DNA of 64,000 bases from the NCBI GenBank assembly GCA_965249485.1, contig OZ252239.1:3360001-3424000 (forward strand), written 5' to 3'. Numbering within the stretch: the first letter of the stretch is position 1; every line of letters starts with the position of its first letter. This document shows positions 13,639 through 24,377 of this stretch, one piece after another. Source of the stretch: a bacterium (lineage in GTDB: Bacteria; SM23-31). Below the pieces are notes generated by a model, which had not been told where the DNA came from, did no database searches, and saw only the letters and a program-made list of their open reading frames with translations. The position numbers and the translations under genes are program-made.

Positions 13639-13795
13639 TCATTTTCAATAATGTTGTACATTTATTTTTTTTGAATTTTTTTTATACTGCTGAATATTTG
13701 GAGAATAATATTTTCGTAATAAAAATCTCATAACTTCATAATGTTAAATTATTATAAAAAAGCAATTACATATAATTAATTCAAATTGGATTTCA

Positions 13796-13810
13796 TTATA
13801 ATTATCATTA
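13796..13810. promoter_or_regulatory. possible PerR/Fur-type box upstream of katG
   Basis: TTATAATTATCATTA resembles TTATAATnATTATAA; the AT-rich context lowers its significance. Confidence 0.3.
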
Positions 13811-13992
13811 ATTATTTTTGCTTGATTGCATAATACATTCAACAAATAATGAAAATATCTTTGCCTCATTTCAGTGCAGTATATTTGAAAGAAGATATCG
13901 TGTTATTGCAGTACCAATATGAAGGAGGAATAGAGCCTCTGATCTATCACTTAGACCAGAGTGAGGGCCGTTATCTTGAATAGTACTCCAGA

Positions 13993-14069
13993 TGGTACGC
14001 CCAGGAGGAGTCGAACCCCCAACCTTCTGATCCGTAATCAGACGCTCTGTCCAATTGAGCTATGGGCGC
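13993..14069 (-). tRNA. tRNA-Arg(ACG)
   Basis: GCGCCCATAGCTCAATTGGACAGAGCGTCTGATTACGGATCAGAAGGTTGGGGGTTCGACTCCTCCTGGGCGTACCA; cloverleaf with encoded CCA. Confidence 0.97.
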
Positions 14070-14662
14070 TTATTAAAAGACTAATTAATGTATAAAAAAT
14101 TCGGATTAAAGTCAAGACTGTGTATTGTCTGATTCGGTCAGAGATTCATATCACCTCACACCGCGTTAAGGGTTTTGCAATACTGCCGAATACCTTCATA
14201 ATTATTCCTCAAAAATCCGTGGAAAACTCCCAATAAAACGTATAGGCTACTGATTCGCAAAATTTGGAACGTTACATACTAAATCTGATAAATAATTTAC
14301 ATTTTAGACTGTTCCGGTAACCAACTCAAAATTGAATCGCATCAGGTATAATTATTGCCGTTCCATTTAATGATTGTAGCGATTTATGAGAAAATGAGTT
14401 GCCAGTTGTTCAAAAATCATGTCGAAGACTTTGCAGGCAAACAGCACAACCTCATTATTATGAGCCACTCAGTCGGAAAGCATTGGCACGAACTGGAAAG
14501 TATGATTGAAGATTTTCACGGTGATTTTTCCGGTTCATAATAACTCGATTGTATCATCTTCATAATCCTAATTACCCCACTCCTACTTCTGTAATGAGTC
14601 ACTTTAAATGGTATTACGTATTACAATTCCCCAATTTCTCGCCACAATGAATTAATGAATTA

Positions 14663-15484
14663 CTACGATTTTGCGGGGATGATCTTTTTGAGAATCATTG
14701 CGGAGAACAGAACAACACCGAGTACAAGAATTACCGCGGGACCGCTCGGAAGATCCAACTGCCAGGAAAAATAGAGCCCCGCAACTGAGACAATCGTACC
14801 CATTATCCACGCTAAAATAATACGGGAGAACCAGCTTTTCATAAACAGTGCGGAAATGGAAGCAGGAATTACCAAAAATGCAAAGACAATTAGAATCCCT
14901 CCTATCTTTACTGAGTGCATGACAACAATACCAAGCGTTGCATAAAAAATAAAATCCCACAATTTAACATTGATCCCCAATTCCTGAGCTCGTTTCGAGT
15001 TTTCAGAAATTGCAATAAACTTCGCTCTGAATATATAGTGGATTGTACCAATTATATAATATACAATAATCGCTTTTACGATTTCTCCTCTTGAAACCCA
15101 TAGTATCGATCCGATCAACATCTCTTTTATATGCTCGGCAGCCCCCGCAATTCTATCCATAATCAGGACAGTTGCTGTAGATGAGATAGCATACGAAAGC
15201 CCGATAATTGCTTCTAATGGAATTTTAAGTTTTTCGTCTTTTATATATGCAAAAACTGCGGCTGCAAGTGTAGTGAACCCGATCGAAAAAAAATAGGTGC
15301 TATTGCTTTCGGCATCTATATTAAATAATAATGATACCGTAATTCCGAAAGCAGCGATTTGGGCCATTGCGATGTCGATAAAAATGATCTCCCGTTTAAG
15401 GACATGAATACCAAAATAGCCGAGTATTCCAATTGTCGATAGGCACGCAATAAAGGGATCAAACATGAAAACAAATATGTTCAC
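14663..15484 (-). CDS. metal (Zn/Mn) ABC transporter permease
   Basis: REIIFIDIAMAQIAAFG and DLPSGPAVIL; ZnuB/ABC-3 type. Confidence 0.9.
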   Translation of the reverse strand: MNIFVFMFDPFIACLSTIGILGYFGIHVLKREIIFIDIAMAQIAAFGITVSLLFNIDAESNSTYFFSIGFTTLAAAVFAYIKDEKLKIPLEAIIGLSYAISSTATVLIMDRIAGAAEHIKEMLIGSILWVSRGEIVKAIIVYYIIGTIHYIFRAKFIAISENSKRAQELGINVKLWDFIFYATLGIVVMHSVKIGGILIVFAFLVIPASISALFMKSWFSRIILAWIMGTIVSVAGLYFSWQLDLPSGPAVILVLGVVLFSAMILKKIIPAKS

Positions 15485-15502
15485 AGCTGTACTACCTCAC
15501 AC

Positions 15503-16321
15503 TTATTTAGATGTGACCAATCTATTGAACAGACCCGCTAAAACAAGACACAAACCAAGTGCACATACTATTGCCGGCCCATTTGGCAAGTCATACTGAT
15601 AAGATATAACAATTCCAAGAACAGAACCGATAAATCCTGCTCCCCATGAGATAAGAACTTTTGATTTCCATGTACTTCCAAAGAGAGCCGCAATCGAAGC
15701 GGGAGCGATGAGAAAAGCAAACACAACAAAAATTCCTCCTATTGCTACCGCTTTCACTACGACAATGCTAAACGAAATGAAAAAGAGAAAATCAAGCGAC
15801 ATGAGTGTTCTTTTAGTCATTCCGCCAGTTTTGTTCGATGATATCGCTATAAATTTTTTACCAAAATATATATGTACGAGACCCACAACAGCAAACAATA
15901 ACAAACTGATTAAAACTTCATTCCATGTTACCCAGAGTATATTGCCGGTAAACGTTTCCTTGATAAAGTTCGAACCTCCCGGAATTTTTTCGGCAAGTGT
16001 AATCGAAAGTGCCAATGAAAGACCGTACGTAACCCCGATAACGGCTTCTACCGGCACACCTTCTTTATCAAATTTCAAAAGCGGAAACATCGATACAACG
16101 AGCATCGTAAAGCCGAGAGAAAAAAAGGTGGTTGATAATGATTCAGCATTGAGTCCGATTATAATGCCAATCATTGTTCCAAGTGCAGCAATCTGGGCGA
16201 GAGCAATATCGATAAAAATTATTCCTCTCGTCAGGATATGGTTACCGAAGTAACTTAATATTCCAACGAGAAGCAGACAAATTGTGAACGGTGGAGATAA
16301 AAAAAGAATCGTATCCCACAT
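15503..16321 (-). CDS. metal (Zn/Mn) ABC transporter permease
   Basis: RGIIFIDIALAQIAALG and DLPNGPAIV. Confidence 0.9.
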   Translation of the reverse strand: MWDTILFLSPPFTICLLLVGILSYFGNHILTRGIIFIDIALAQIAALGTMIGIIIGLNAESLSTTFFSLGFTMLVVSMFPLLKFDKEGVPVEAVIGVTYGLSLALSITLAEKIPGGSNFIKETFTGNILWVTWNEVLISLLLFAVVGLVHIYFGKKFIAISSNKTGGMTKRTLMSLDFLFFISFSIVVVKAVAIGGIFVVFAFLIAPASIAALFGSTWKSKVLISWGAGFIGSVLGIVISYQYDLPNGPAIVCALGLCLVLAGLFNRLVTSK

Positions 16322-16326
16322 TGAAC

Positions 16327-17412
16327 TTACTCCGTTATATTTTCATTTATCGCTTCGATCCAGTAGTCGATCATTTCAAATACATTGGTTACCTCCGGTA
16401 CACCATGCACCGCAAAGGGAAGGAATACCGCCTTGACCCCGGTCCGCTCTTCTATTTTTCTTGGGGAGTTACGTTCAAAGTGATTGGCAACAATCATCAA
16501 TCCGATTTTTTGATCATTGATAAGCCGGATAATTTCCTGAACATGTTTTGCAGACGGTGGAATCCCCGGTTTTGGTTCGACATAACCGAGAATCTCAAGT
16601 CCGAATGTATCTGCAAAATAAATCCAATTTTTATGATAGGCAACTATTTCTTTATTACGGAACGGCATTGCTTTTGCCAGCCAACCACCGAGACGGCCTT
16701 GAAGAGTCTCACCCTGATAGTGGCGTGCGAGAAAATCTATCAATGTGTGATTTTGGAGAAGCTTACTCAAAGTCTCTCCACCGAGTAGATCGACAAGATC
16801 ATCGCCGAACAGAGTCCTATCAACGTTATCAATAAATTCATCCCGACGCCGATTGTAGATATCAGCATGTGCCGGATCAACTTTTTTTAATCCAATGGTA
16901 ATATTACTTGCAATCGTCTTCCAGTTGAGTGGACCCGTGTGGATATGGGGATTTCCCATCGGATGAATATCACCTTCGGTTCGGCTCACAACCGGCACAA
17001 CCTGAAGCATCCGTATGCCATACGATGCGGATACAAAACCGGTTTCACCATCCATGATATTCGAATTTCGTGCTTTGTCTATGAGTGTTGCCGACCAGAG
17101 TTCGAGATCAAGGCCTGTTGTAATCCACATATCTGCATCGCTGAGCATCAGAGCAAAACTCGGTTTCGGCGGAACAAAATGGGGGTCCTGATCTCCCTGT
17201 GAAATGTAGAGCACCTCGCCATAATCCTGAACAATATACTCTGCTATTGAGGCAAAATGAGAAAATGAACTGACTATCTTTAATTTATCGTTACTCTGGC
17301 ACAAAGCTGTCTGCTGATTATTAAAAAACATAATAGCAAATATCATAATCCATAAAGGTGATGACGCTATCTTTTTAATTCTCATTGTCATTATAGTATT
17401 CTCCGTAAACAT
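16327..17412 (-). CDS. metal ABC transporter substrate-binding protein (ZnuA/TroA family)
   Basis: DPHF, GDIHPMGNPHIH, YHKNW and EPKPGIPPSAKH motifs. Confidence 0.92.
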   Translation of the reverse strand: MFTENTIMTMRIKKIASSPLWIMIFAIMFFNNQQTALCQSNDKLKIVSSFSHFASIAEYIVQDYGEVLYISQGDQDPHFVPPKPSFALMLSDADMWITTGLDLELWSATLIDKARNSNIMDGETGFVSASYGIRMLQVVPVVSRTEGDIHPMGNPHIHTGPLNWKTIASNITIGLKKVDPAHADIYNRRRDEFIDNVDRTLFGDDLVDLLGGETLSKLLQNHTLIDFLARHYQGETLQGRLGGWLAKAMPFRNKEIVAYHKNWIYFADTFGLEILGYVEPKPGIPPSAKHVQEIIRLINDQKIGLMIVANHFERNSPRKIEERTGVKAVFLPFAVHGVPEVTNVFEMIDYWIEAINENITE

Positions 17413-17426
17413 TATATTAAAATAGA

Positions 17427-18773
17427 TTAATATGCTTCATGCTTATGGGGACCCATTGCCCATACAACTTGGAGTGTAAAAGAGTTGTCATCAGGTACCG
17501 CTTCATCATTAACGAAAATATCCCTATCGGTATAACCGTACTGGAACCGGATAAAGACAAATTCGCTTTGCCAGAAATCGAGATTGACTCTGTAATCCCA
17601 TTCATGTTGTTCGCTATCGTAGGGCAGCTCGGAATAGCCGACACGGCCGCCGAGAACAAAACGCCTGTTTAATCTATTCTGAAGTGATGAGTAAAAACCA
17701 AAAGTGTCAATATCAGGACCGGAGGTTTCCTGTTTACTCATAATAAATTCTGTTTTCCAGTCAATTGATCTGTATAATGATCGGAGCGCTGGTGTCCATT
17801 TCACAACCATTCCGAGTCCGCTGACATAGGTGACAAAATTTTCTTCAGCATCATTGTGTCCGGCAGCGCCACTCAGAATCCATTCAATATAGGTGTCATT
17901 GGTCACATCGTAATAGTTCTTCAAATATCCGGTATAGACAAGCCGATATTTCCCATTATCCGCAAAACTGAATCCGCTTCCACCCTTTATGACAGATAAA
18001 TCGAGTGTCTGCACATCGGCAAAGATGCTTGGCAGAATAAAGTTTGACTCAATACCAAATCCTCTGAGTCCTTCAACACTAAAATAATTTGCCAATACAC
18101 GTGGTTTGTCAAATTGCGGCAGCGCATGCGGGTGCCATTTATTCAATATACCGAATTCGGGACGGAATAGCCCAACTTTGACATTTGATTTTAACGGTAA
18201 ATTCAACCAGTCAAGATAGGCTTCCTCAACTCCTATCTCTTCCTCACTGAATACAAAGTAAGATTTTCCGCGTGTAAACGGATCGAGGGCAGCCTGAAGT
18301 GAGACTTCTACCTCACGGAGAATGAAGTTATTATTTGGATAGGCCGATTCATTGATTTCCTCGGTGATCAGTTCACTTTTTGAGCTGCTGACGCCACCGT
18401 AAAAATCACCTGTCATGGTAATGTTTGGATTAAATGCCTGTAATTGACGAATACCGGTCGAAAACCGCTTGCCGACATTCTCGGTCTCCTCCCGCTCTTG
18501 CGTGGAAAGCTGTGACGCTTCTTCAAGAAGCAGTTGCAGTTCGTCCTCCATTTCCTGTTCGGAAAGTTTATTCTTTAATTCGGTAATGAGTTTTTCAAGT
18601 TCCTGTATTTTTATATCCTGCTGAGAAATTAATAGTTGCAATTCTTGTTTGAGTTTTTCAAGCTCTTCAGATACATTCTGATTTTTTTCTTGTGTGTCCT
18701 GCCCAAAAACAGGACAATTAATACAAAAAATCGTTATATTTGCAAATAGGAGAATAGTAATTAATTTTTTCAT
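17427..18773 (-). CDS. outer-membrane beta-barrel/porin-like protein of metal-uptake operon
   Basis: Likely start MKKLITILL at 18773; signal peptide, coiled coil, FNPNI...LREVE...DPF, C-terminal GPHKHEAY. Confidence 0.75.
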   Translation of the reverse strand: MKKLITILLFANITIFCINCPVFGQDTQEKNQNVSEELEKLKQELQLLISQQDIKIQELEKLITELKNKLSEQEMEDELQLLLEEASQLSTQEREETENVGKRFSTGIRQLQAFNPNITMTGDFYGGVSSSKSELITEEINESAYPNNNFILREVEVSLQAALDPFTRGKSYFVFSEEEIGVEEAYLDWLNLPLKSNVKVGLFRPEFGILNKWHPHALPQFDKPRVLANYFSVEGLRGFGIESNFILPSIFADVQTLDLSVIKGGSGFSFADNGKYRLVYTGYLKNYYDVTNDTYIEWILSGAAGHNDAEENFVTYVSGLGMVVKWTPALRSLYRSIDWKTEFIMSKQETSGPDIDTFGFYSSLQNRLNRRFVLGGRVGYSELPYDSEQHEWDYRVNLDFWQSEFVFIRFQYGYTDRDIFVNDEAVPDDNSFTLQVVWAMGPHKHEAY

Positions 18774-18963
18774 CTCTGTGCCCCAAACTCGGTACATTGT
18801 TAACGCATAAGTTACGTCGGAATAACATATAATGTTATTACACCGTACCTTACTTTCGCTGGAAATATTGTACCAAATGATCAATCAGTCATTCAACAGC
18901 AAATAGCTGTGTATAACTGTGTGTGCTGATTGATTAATCGGAATCTTCAACGAAAGCAATTAA

Positions 18964-19383
18964 TCATATAACAGGGGGTGGAGCTCTATGGGATGGAAGA
19001 CAAGAAAGATGTAATGATACTAATCTATAACTTGATACATTCTGAATATTCTTACCAAGAGGTATGAAGTCGCTTCCAATTGTCTTGATACTATTGGAAT
19101 TAAATGAAAAACCGATAGCACACAAAAAACAGATTTTATTCACTATCAAAGATTCAATATGAATATGACTGACACGCGAAGTATTACCAGCATTGACGTT
19201 ATGATTTTCGGTTTCATGCACTGAATTGATTTCAGCACTCGACAAAATGTTCGTGATTTTGGAAGTATTTTCAGTTACGGCACCGGAATGTAAAAAAGGA
19301 ATATCAAATGTGAGGACAAATAATGAAAAATAGAGAATGTATGCTATTGAGAGTGATTTAATATGTCTGTTTTGAAGTTGCAT
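18964..19383 (-). CDS. DUF2946-like leader protein with CxxC and C-terminal RAPP motif
   Basis: N-terminal hydrophobic segment, His-rich linker, CFLC, ends HRAPPPVI; first gene of the metal-uptake operon. Confidence 0.7.
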   Translation of the reverse strand: MQLQNRHIKSLSIAYILYFSLFVLTFDIPFLHSGAVTENTSKITNILSSAEINSVHETENHNVNAGNTSRVSHIHIESLIVNKICFLCAIGFSFNSNSIKTIGSDFIPLGKNIQNVSSYRLVSLHLSCLPSHRAPPPVI

Positions 19384-19576
19384 AATTTCAAAATTGCAGT
19401 CAACAGTGGAATTGGGCAGTAAAGTACATGTTCAAGCTTCAAAAAGCAAGAAATAATCAATTATTGAAACTGTACGACCCGCCATCTATAAATAGATAAC
19501 ATTTTATATACAGATAAATCGCATTATTATTCAACACAATTCATAAAGGCTGTATACCCCTACGGATTATGATATT

Positions 19577-20458
19577 ATGAAATACATGATCTATTGTTCT
19601 CTCATCACTGGCGTCATATGTGGTTTTACTTTTCCACAGTTACGCATTCTGATGCCGTATCTTCCCTACTTCGTAGCAATTATGCTATTGTTCAACTTTA
19701 TCGACATCAAAATGCAATACAAAAATTTACTGCGGCCGGAACTGATCGTTACTTTTCTGCTGACTGTTGTCATTATGCCGCTACTCAGTTATTACCTTTT
19801 ATCATTACCATTTCATGAGCATTATAGGATCGGAATTCTTCTCGTGGCACTTTCGCCGAGCGGTATAATTTTACTCGTCCTAATCAGATATGTACCTGAC
19901 AAAAATTATGATCTCATTTTCAGTAACTTTCTATTTACCACATTTGGTTCAATTCTATATATACCTTTTATGGTAAAGGTAATTATAGGGCAGAATATTC
20001 ACATTGACAGCACACACCTTCTCTATCAAACCGCACTGCTGGTATTGGGACCGTTTCTTGCCAGTAGAATTATTTTGAGACTGCCATGGCCTGGTGTTAT
20101 CGGATTGACTCGCAGAATTTCGGGTAAAGCAATACTGGTGCTCGTTTTCTGCATTGTATCGGGATCACTGAGTGGTCTGTCCGGATCAATATCATGGGAC
20201 ACCTCCCTGATCGGTGTTTCAGTAATTGTCTTATCGATATACATAATACAGGGTGGTCTCGGGTATTTTGTCGGTTCTTTAATAGGTGACAAGAGCACAA
20301 AGCAGACCCTTGCTATGATCTGCTCTTCCCGGAACACACAACTTGTGATAGCACTTGCACTGCTTCATTTCCCGCCACTCGTAATCGTACCGGCAATAAT
20401 CTCGATATTTCTCCACCACAGTACTAATGCTTTCTGGCTCTGGTTGTTCCGTGAATAA
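19577..20458 (+). CDS. bile acid:sodium symporter family protein
   Basis: Multi-TM; GILLVALSPSG and SSRNTQL motifs. Confidence 0.8.
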   Translation: MKYMIYCSLITGVICGFTFPQLRILMPYLPYFVAIMLLFNFIDIKMQYKNLLRPELIVTFLLTVVIMPLLSYYLLSLPFHEHYRIGILLVALSPSGIILLVLIRYVPDKNYDLIFSNFLFTTFGSILYIPFMVKVIIGQNIHIDSTHLLYQTALLVLGPFLASRIILRLPWPGVIGLTRRISGKAILVLVFCIVSGSLSGLSGSISWDTSLIGVSVIVLSIYIIQGGLGYFVGSLIGDKSTKQTLAMICSSRNTQLVIALALLHFPPLVIVPAIISIFLHHSTNAFWLWLFRE

Positions 20459-20584
20459 TCTGAATGATTAAATTATACTCATGTGGTAATGATATTCATA
20501 TATGGTCATCTGAATGAAGCCGAATAATCTTTAATTTCTTAAATCAGCATAGATTTTCTTACTAATGAATCATCGAGAATACAC

Positions 20585-20613
20585 TTGACAAAATGAACGC
20601 AATTGAGTAAATT
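20585..20613 (+). promoter_or_regulatory. sigma70 promoter of tRNA-Val
   Basis: TTGACA-N17-TAAATT, 26 bp upstream of the tRNA. Confidence 0.75.
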
Positions 20614-20639
20614 TTGGTTTAAGTTTTTAGACAAATGAA

Positions 20640-20714
20640 GGGCGATTAGCTCAGTTGGTTTAGAGTGCCTGCCTTACAAGCAGGAAGTCACTGGTTCGAA
20701 TCCAGTATCGCCCA
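20640..20714 (+). tRNA. tRNA-Val(TAC)
   Basis: GGGCGATTAGCTCAGTTGGTTTAGAGTGCCTGCCTTACAAGCAGGAAGTCACTGGTTCGAATCCAGTATCGCCCA; CCA not encoded. Confidence 0.97.
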
Positions 20715-20767
20715 CTCTGCAAAACCATTCCTTATAACAACTTACTTTTTTTAACTTTTTCATTATA

Positions 20768-21012
20768 ATGCGCTATGGAGCGGGACCCGGTCTCGGTGGT
20801 GATGAACTGATTGAACCGGCACCTTTACAACCCGAAGGCGGCTATGCGGTCTATGCAAATACGACGTATGCAATGGAAATTCACACAATGACGTCGGTCC
20901 TCGAATGGGGCGGCTGGATGTCCGCATCACGATGGAACAAAATGTCGTCATGACTGAAAAAGATCTTGTATTCCTCGGCGGCAGTCAAGTCGAATGGTAT
21001 GTGATTCGATAA
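20768..21012 (+). pseudogene. 3' fragment of an M24-family peptidase gene
   Basis: YAVYANTTYAMEIHTMTSVLEWGG, frameshift, then LDVRITMEQNVVMTEKDLVFLGGSQVEWYVIR*; parallels the C-terminus of the M24 paralogs. Confidence 0.7.
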
Positions 21013-21049
21013 GGCTCTCATTAACGAACGCACTATCCATCAAAATTAT

Positions 21050-21083
21050 AAAAGCCCTTACTCATAGTGAATAGGGGCTTTTT
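21050..21083. terminator. bidirectional intrinsic terminator
   Basis: AAAAGCCCTTA...TAGGGGCTTTTT between convergent genes. Confidence 0.8.
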
Positions 21084-21137
21084 GTTTTCAGGGATCGATT
21101 ACGTGTATAGCAATCTCAATGACTTCTCAAGCAATAG

Positions 21138-21566
21138 TTATGCTCTATAGGTATCACCCTTCCAGTTTTTGATTGCTTTTTTAATATCTTTTTCAGACAT
21201 ATTTTCGGCAGCGGCTTTTTTTGCTAACTCCACGAACTCATCATCCGGAGCAAATCGGAGGCCAATTACCTGGCGGGTGGTGATTTTAGAATCCAGAAGC
21301 GCTCCCGTCAGGACAAAATGACGCAGGTTCTCCTCTGCCCTAATTGCTCTGTCCTGAGCTTTCAGTGCAAACGTCCTCATGTAAAAAAACAAAATAAAAA
21401 CACATGTCGTTACTACAAAGATCCATGAAGCGCTATACAATCCTGTAGTCCCGAATGATTTAACAAGATTTACAATTGAACCGATAACCGATAGTAAAAG
21501 CGCGATCGACACCACAAAATGGTACTGTGGTACCCACCGAGCATGATTTTCGTAGTTCTTCTCCAT
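21138..21566 (-). CDS. DUF6526-like membrane protein
   Basis: NYENHAR, KAQDRAIRAEENLRH and IKKAIKNWKGD motifs. Confidence 0.8.
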   Translation of the reverse strand: MEKNYENHARWVPQYHFVVSIALLLSVIGSIVNLVKSFGTTGLYSASWIFVVTTCVFILFFYMRTFALKAQDRAIRAEENLRHFVLTGALLDSKITTRQVIGLRFAPDDEFVELAKKAAAENMSEKDIKKAIKNWKGDTYRA

Positions 21567-21706
21567 ATATTCCCCTTTTTTTTATAGTTGTAACGTTTAT
21601 GTATCTTAATTGGTTAATAATAAAAAAATAATTCTCTAAAATCAATGATTAGAATAATATCTTATAATTATTTTGAAAAATCAAAATAATCTTTTGTTAT
21701 CTTAAA

Positions 21707-21728
21707 TATTTGGCTATATTGCCAAATA
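21707..21728. promoter_or_regulatory. ArsR-family operator palindrome
   Basis: TATTTGGC-TATATT-GCCAAATA, perfect inverted repeat 20 bp before the arsR ATG. Confidence 0.75.
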
Positions 21729-21748
21729 ACCAGGCATTTATCAAAAAT

Positions 21749-22078
21749 ATGGATAAAAATACACAGTTGTTTTTTGAGGCAAGAGCAAAGATTATTAAGT
21801 CACTGGCACATCCAACACGGCTTTTTATTGTCGACCAGTTGAAGCATGGCAGGAAGTGTGTACGCGAGCTGACTGACCTGATTGATGCCGATATGTCGAC
21901 AGTTTCAAAACATCTCTCTCTCTTAAAAGAAGCAGGAATCATTCAGGATGAAAAACAGGGATTGAATGTCTATTACCACCTGCAGTGCGACTGCATGTTT
22001 GATTTTTTCCGGTGTGTTGAATCGGTGCTGCGTCGGAATTTGGAGAAACAAAAATCTGTCGTAACCGAAGAACTGTAG
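21749..22078 (+). CDS. arsR: ArsR/SmtB family transcriptional regulator
   Basis: LAHPTRL, CVREL and STVSKHL motifs; C-terminal Cys residues; start MDKN. Confidence 0.88.
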   Translation: MDKNTQLFFEARAKIIKSLAHPTRLFIVDQLKHGRKCVRELTDLIDADMSTVSKHLSLLKEAGIIQDEKQGLNVYYHLQCDCMFDFFRCVESVLRRNLEKQKSVVTEEL

Positions 22079-22253
22079 AATATAGTGAGATATTGGATAA
22101 TGAGATTGATTCGCCTCGCAACAATAATTATGAAAATTTGCGACTCCGGTCGAATGACACTCTTTAAAATATAATTATCTGTTATACGATTTAATTGATT
22201 TGTAAACATGTGCAATGAATAATCACACATAAAGATTTGAGCACAATTTTACT

Positions 22254-23327
22254 GTGAGGATATTTGTTATGAAACCGTCAGTTGGTAAAAAGATGTCTAT
22301 TCTGAATAGATATTTGACTCTGTGGATTTTTCTGGGAATGGCAGTCGGTATCGGGATCGGTTATGTCATCCCCGGTACCGAATCATTTATCAACCGGTTT
22401 CAGGTCGGAACCACAAATATCCCGATTGCCATAGGCCTGATCCTGATGATGTATCCCCCGTTGGCTAAAGTGAAGTATGAAGAGCTCTCCGATGTCTTTC
22501 GTAACTGGAAAATTCTCGGGCTGTCAATGATACAAAACTGGATCATCGGACCGATACTGATGTTTTCTCTTGCCATTCTTTTTCTTGCCGGATACCCCGA
22601 ATACATGGTTGGGCTCATTATGATCGGCCTCGCCCGCTGCATCGCTATGGTAATCGTGTGGAATGAACTCGCAAAGGGAGATACTGAATATGCCGCCGGA
22701 CTTGTGGCATTTAACAGCATTTTTCAGGTAATTTTCTATTCGTTGTACGCTTGGATTTTCATTACTGTCCTTCCTCCATTGTTCGGACTGAGTGGTAGTC
22801 TTGTCGATGTCAGTATGGGACAAATCGCCGAAAGTGTGTTTATCTATCTCGGTATTCCCTTTCTTGCCGGCATTATTACCAGGTTTAGCCTTGTCCGCTT
22901 AAAAGGCATAACATGGTACACCGATATATTCATTCCGAAAATCAGCCCGATCACGCTCATTGCACTGGTTTTCACTATTGTCGTTATGTTCAGCCTCAAA
23001 GGCAATCTCATTGTTCAGATACCGATGGATGTTGTCCGCATCGCAATCCCGCTTGTCATATATTTTGTTGTAATGTTTCTTATAAGTTTTTGGATGGGCC
23101 GCACTGCAGGTGCCGGCTATTCAAAAACGGCCACCCTCTCCTTTACCGCCGCAAGCAACAACTTTGAACTTGCTATCGCCGTTACCGTTGCTGTCTTTGG
23201 GATCAACTCCGGCGCAGCATTCGCAGCAGTTGTCGGCCCACTGGTAGAGGTCCCGGTTCTCATTGCACTCGTCAATGTTTCTCTGTGGTTTCAACGGAGA
23301 TATTTCAATACGGCTCCTGCAGTATAA
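22254..23327 (+). CDS. acr3: ACR3 family arsenite efflux transporter
   Basis: GLARCIAMV and [11 protein letters not shown] motifs; start may be ATG 22269. Confidence 0.95.
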   Translation: MRIFVMKPSVGKKMSILNRYLTLWIFLGMAVGIGIGYVIPGTESFINRFQVGTTNIPIAIGLILMMYPPLAKVKYEELSDVFRNWKILGLSMIQNWIIGPILMFSLAILFLAGYPEYMVGLIMIGLARCIAMVIVWNELAKGDTEYAAGLVAFNSIFQVIFYSLYAWIFITVLPPLFGLSGSLVDVSMGQIAESVFIYLGIPFLAGIITRFSLVRLKGITWYTDIFIPKISPITLIALVFTIVVMFSLKGNLIVQIPMDVVRIAIPLVIYFVVMFLISFWMGRTAGAGYSKTATLSFTAASNNFELAIAVTVAVFGINSGAAFAAVVGPLVEVPVLIALVNVSLWFQRRYFNTAPAV

Positions 23328-23916
23328 ATTTTTACTCAATTCTGGAGAGTAAAGTCCAATAATAATATAAAGTACGACACTAATTTAAATACTTGCTAAA
23401 AATGAACTACTACCTCTCTATTTATGTTGTTATTAATAAGAGATAATTATGTAATTTCATAAAAACAGCAAACATCTTCACTCCACTATTAACAGATATT
23501 CTAACTAACCAGCCAGCTGCATTTTACTGTAAATATCTAATAAAGAATCAATACATTATAATGTACCATAGCGTTATTTTAACGCAACTATTACATATGT
23601 TTTCTTTCTAAGATTCCATGTAACATGTATGAATAATGGTACATCACCTGCATGTTGGTTATCCCCATATTATTCTCAATTTAATGCAGAAAATGAACGG
23701 CTAAATACTATCGAAAGATGTGTATATGATAATACACGAAATTGTGGGTGAGACTCCTCACATCAAAGATTCCCGCAACAAAAATGAGTAAACTAAAAGT
23801 ATTGATTTTATCCAATCAAGATAGTATATTGACGTTTGCAAAAATGTGCCATATCGGTGCTGGATGCGGATCAAATCGGAATGGTTTTAACCTCCGATTT
23901 GATTGAAAATTTCTAT

Positions 23917-23991
23917 GGGCTCGTGGTGTAGTTTGGTTAACACGCCGGCCTGTCAAGCCGGAGATCGCGGGTTCAAGTCCCGTCGGGCCCG
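23917..23991 (+). tRNA. tRNA-Asp(GTC)
   Basis: GGGCTCGTGGTGTAGTTTGGTTAACACGCCGGCCTGTCAAGCCGGAGATCGCGGGTTCAAGTCCCGTCGGGCCCG. Confidence 0.97.
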
Positions 23992-24003
23992 CCCAATAAA
24001 AAC

Positions 24004-24033
24004 AAGGACTTAGATTGATTTCTAAGTCCTTTT
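24004..24033 (+). terminator. hairpin after tRNA-Asp
   Basis: AAGGACTTAG-N8-CTAAGTCCTT followed by TT. Confidence 0.65.
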
Positions 24034-24050
24034 GCTTTATGCAGAATTTT

Positions 24051-24086
24051 TATTCCCCACACTATTCCCCACACACAACCAGTATT
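24051..24086 (+). repeat. tandem TATTCCCCACAC repeat (integrase arm-site-like)
   Basis: Direct repeat; 21/22 inverted match at 33603-33624. Confidence 0.6.
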
Positions 24087-24377
24087 CTGAATGCTTTATT
24101 AGTTTAGCCCCGAAAAAATCTTTTTGTATATTATCTTTATATCAAGAACTAAAATACTTTGTATTTGTGCTCAGGATACAGCTGTGGCTTTCAGCTTATA
24201 AAGCAAGTTATCTATCATTCTTGCTAATGTATCGACTCAGAGCAATTTGTACCCAATATCCAATATTATGATACAGTTTTTCCTTGATAAAAGTTTTCAG
24301 ATTAGTAGAGTCCTTTTGAAATTATTTTACAAAAGCAAAAACCAATATTTTTCAACTAAAAATAAAAATCTAAATTT

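Noticed and set aside
14567..14576. CCTAATTACC matching the IS1595 TIR end
   Set aside because: Only 10 bp, with no partner end or transposase remnant.
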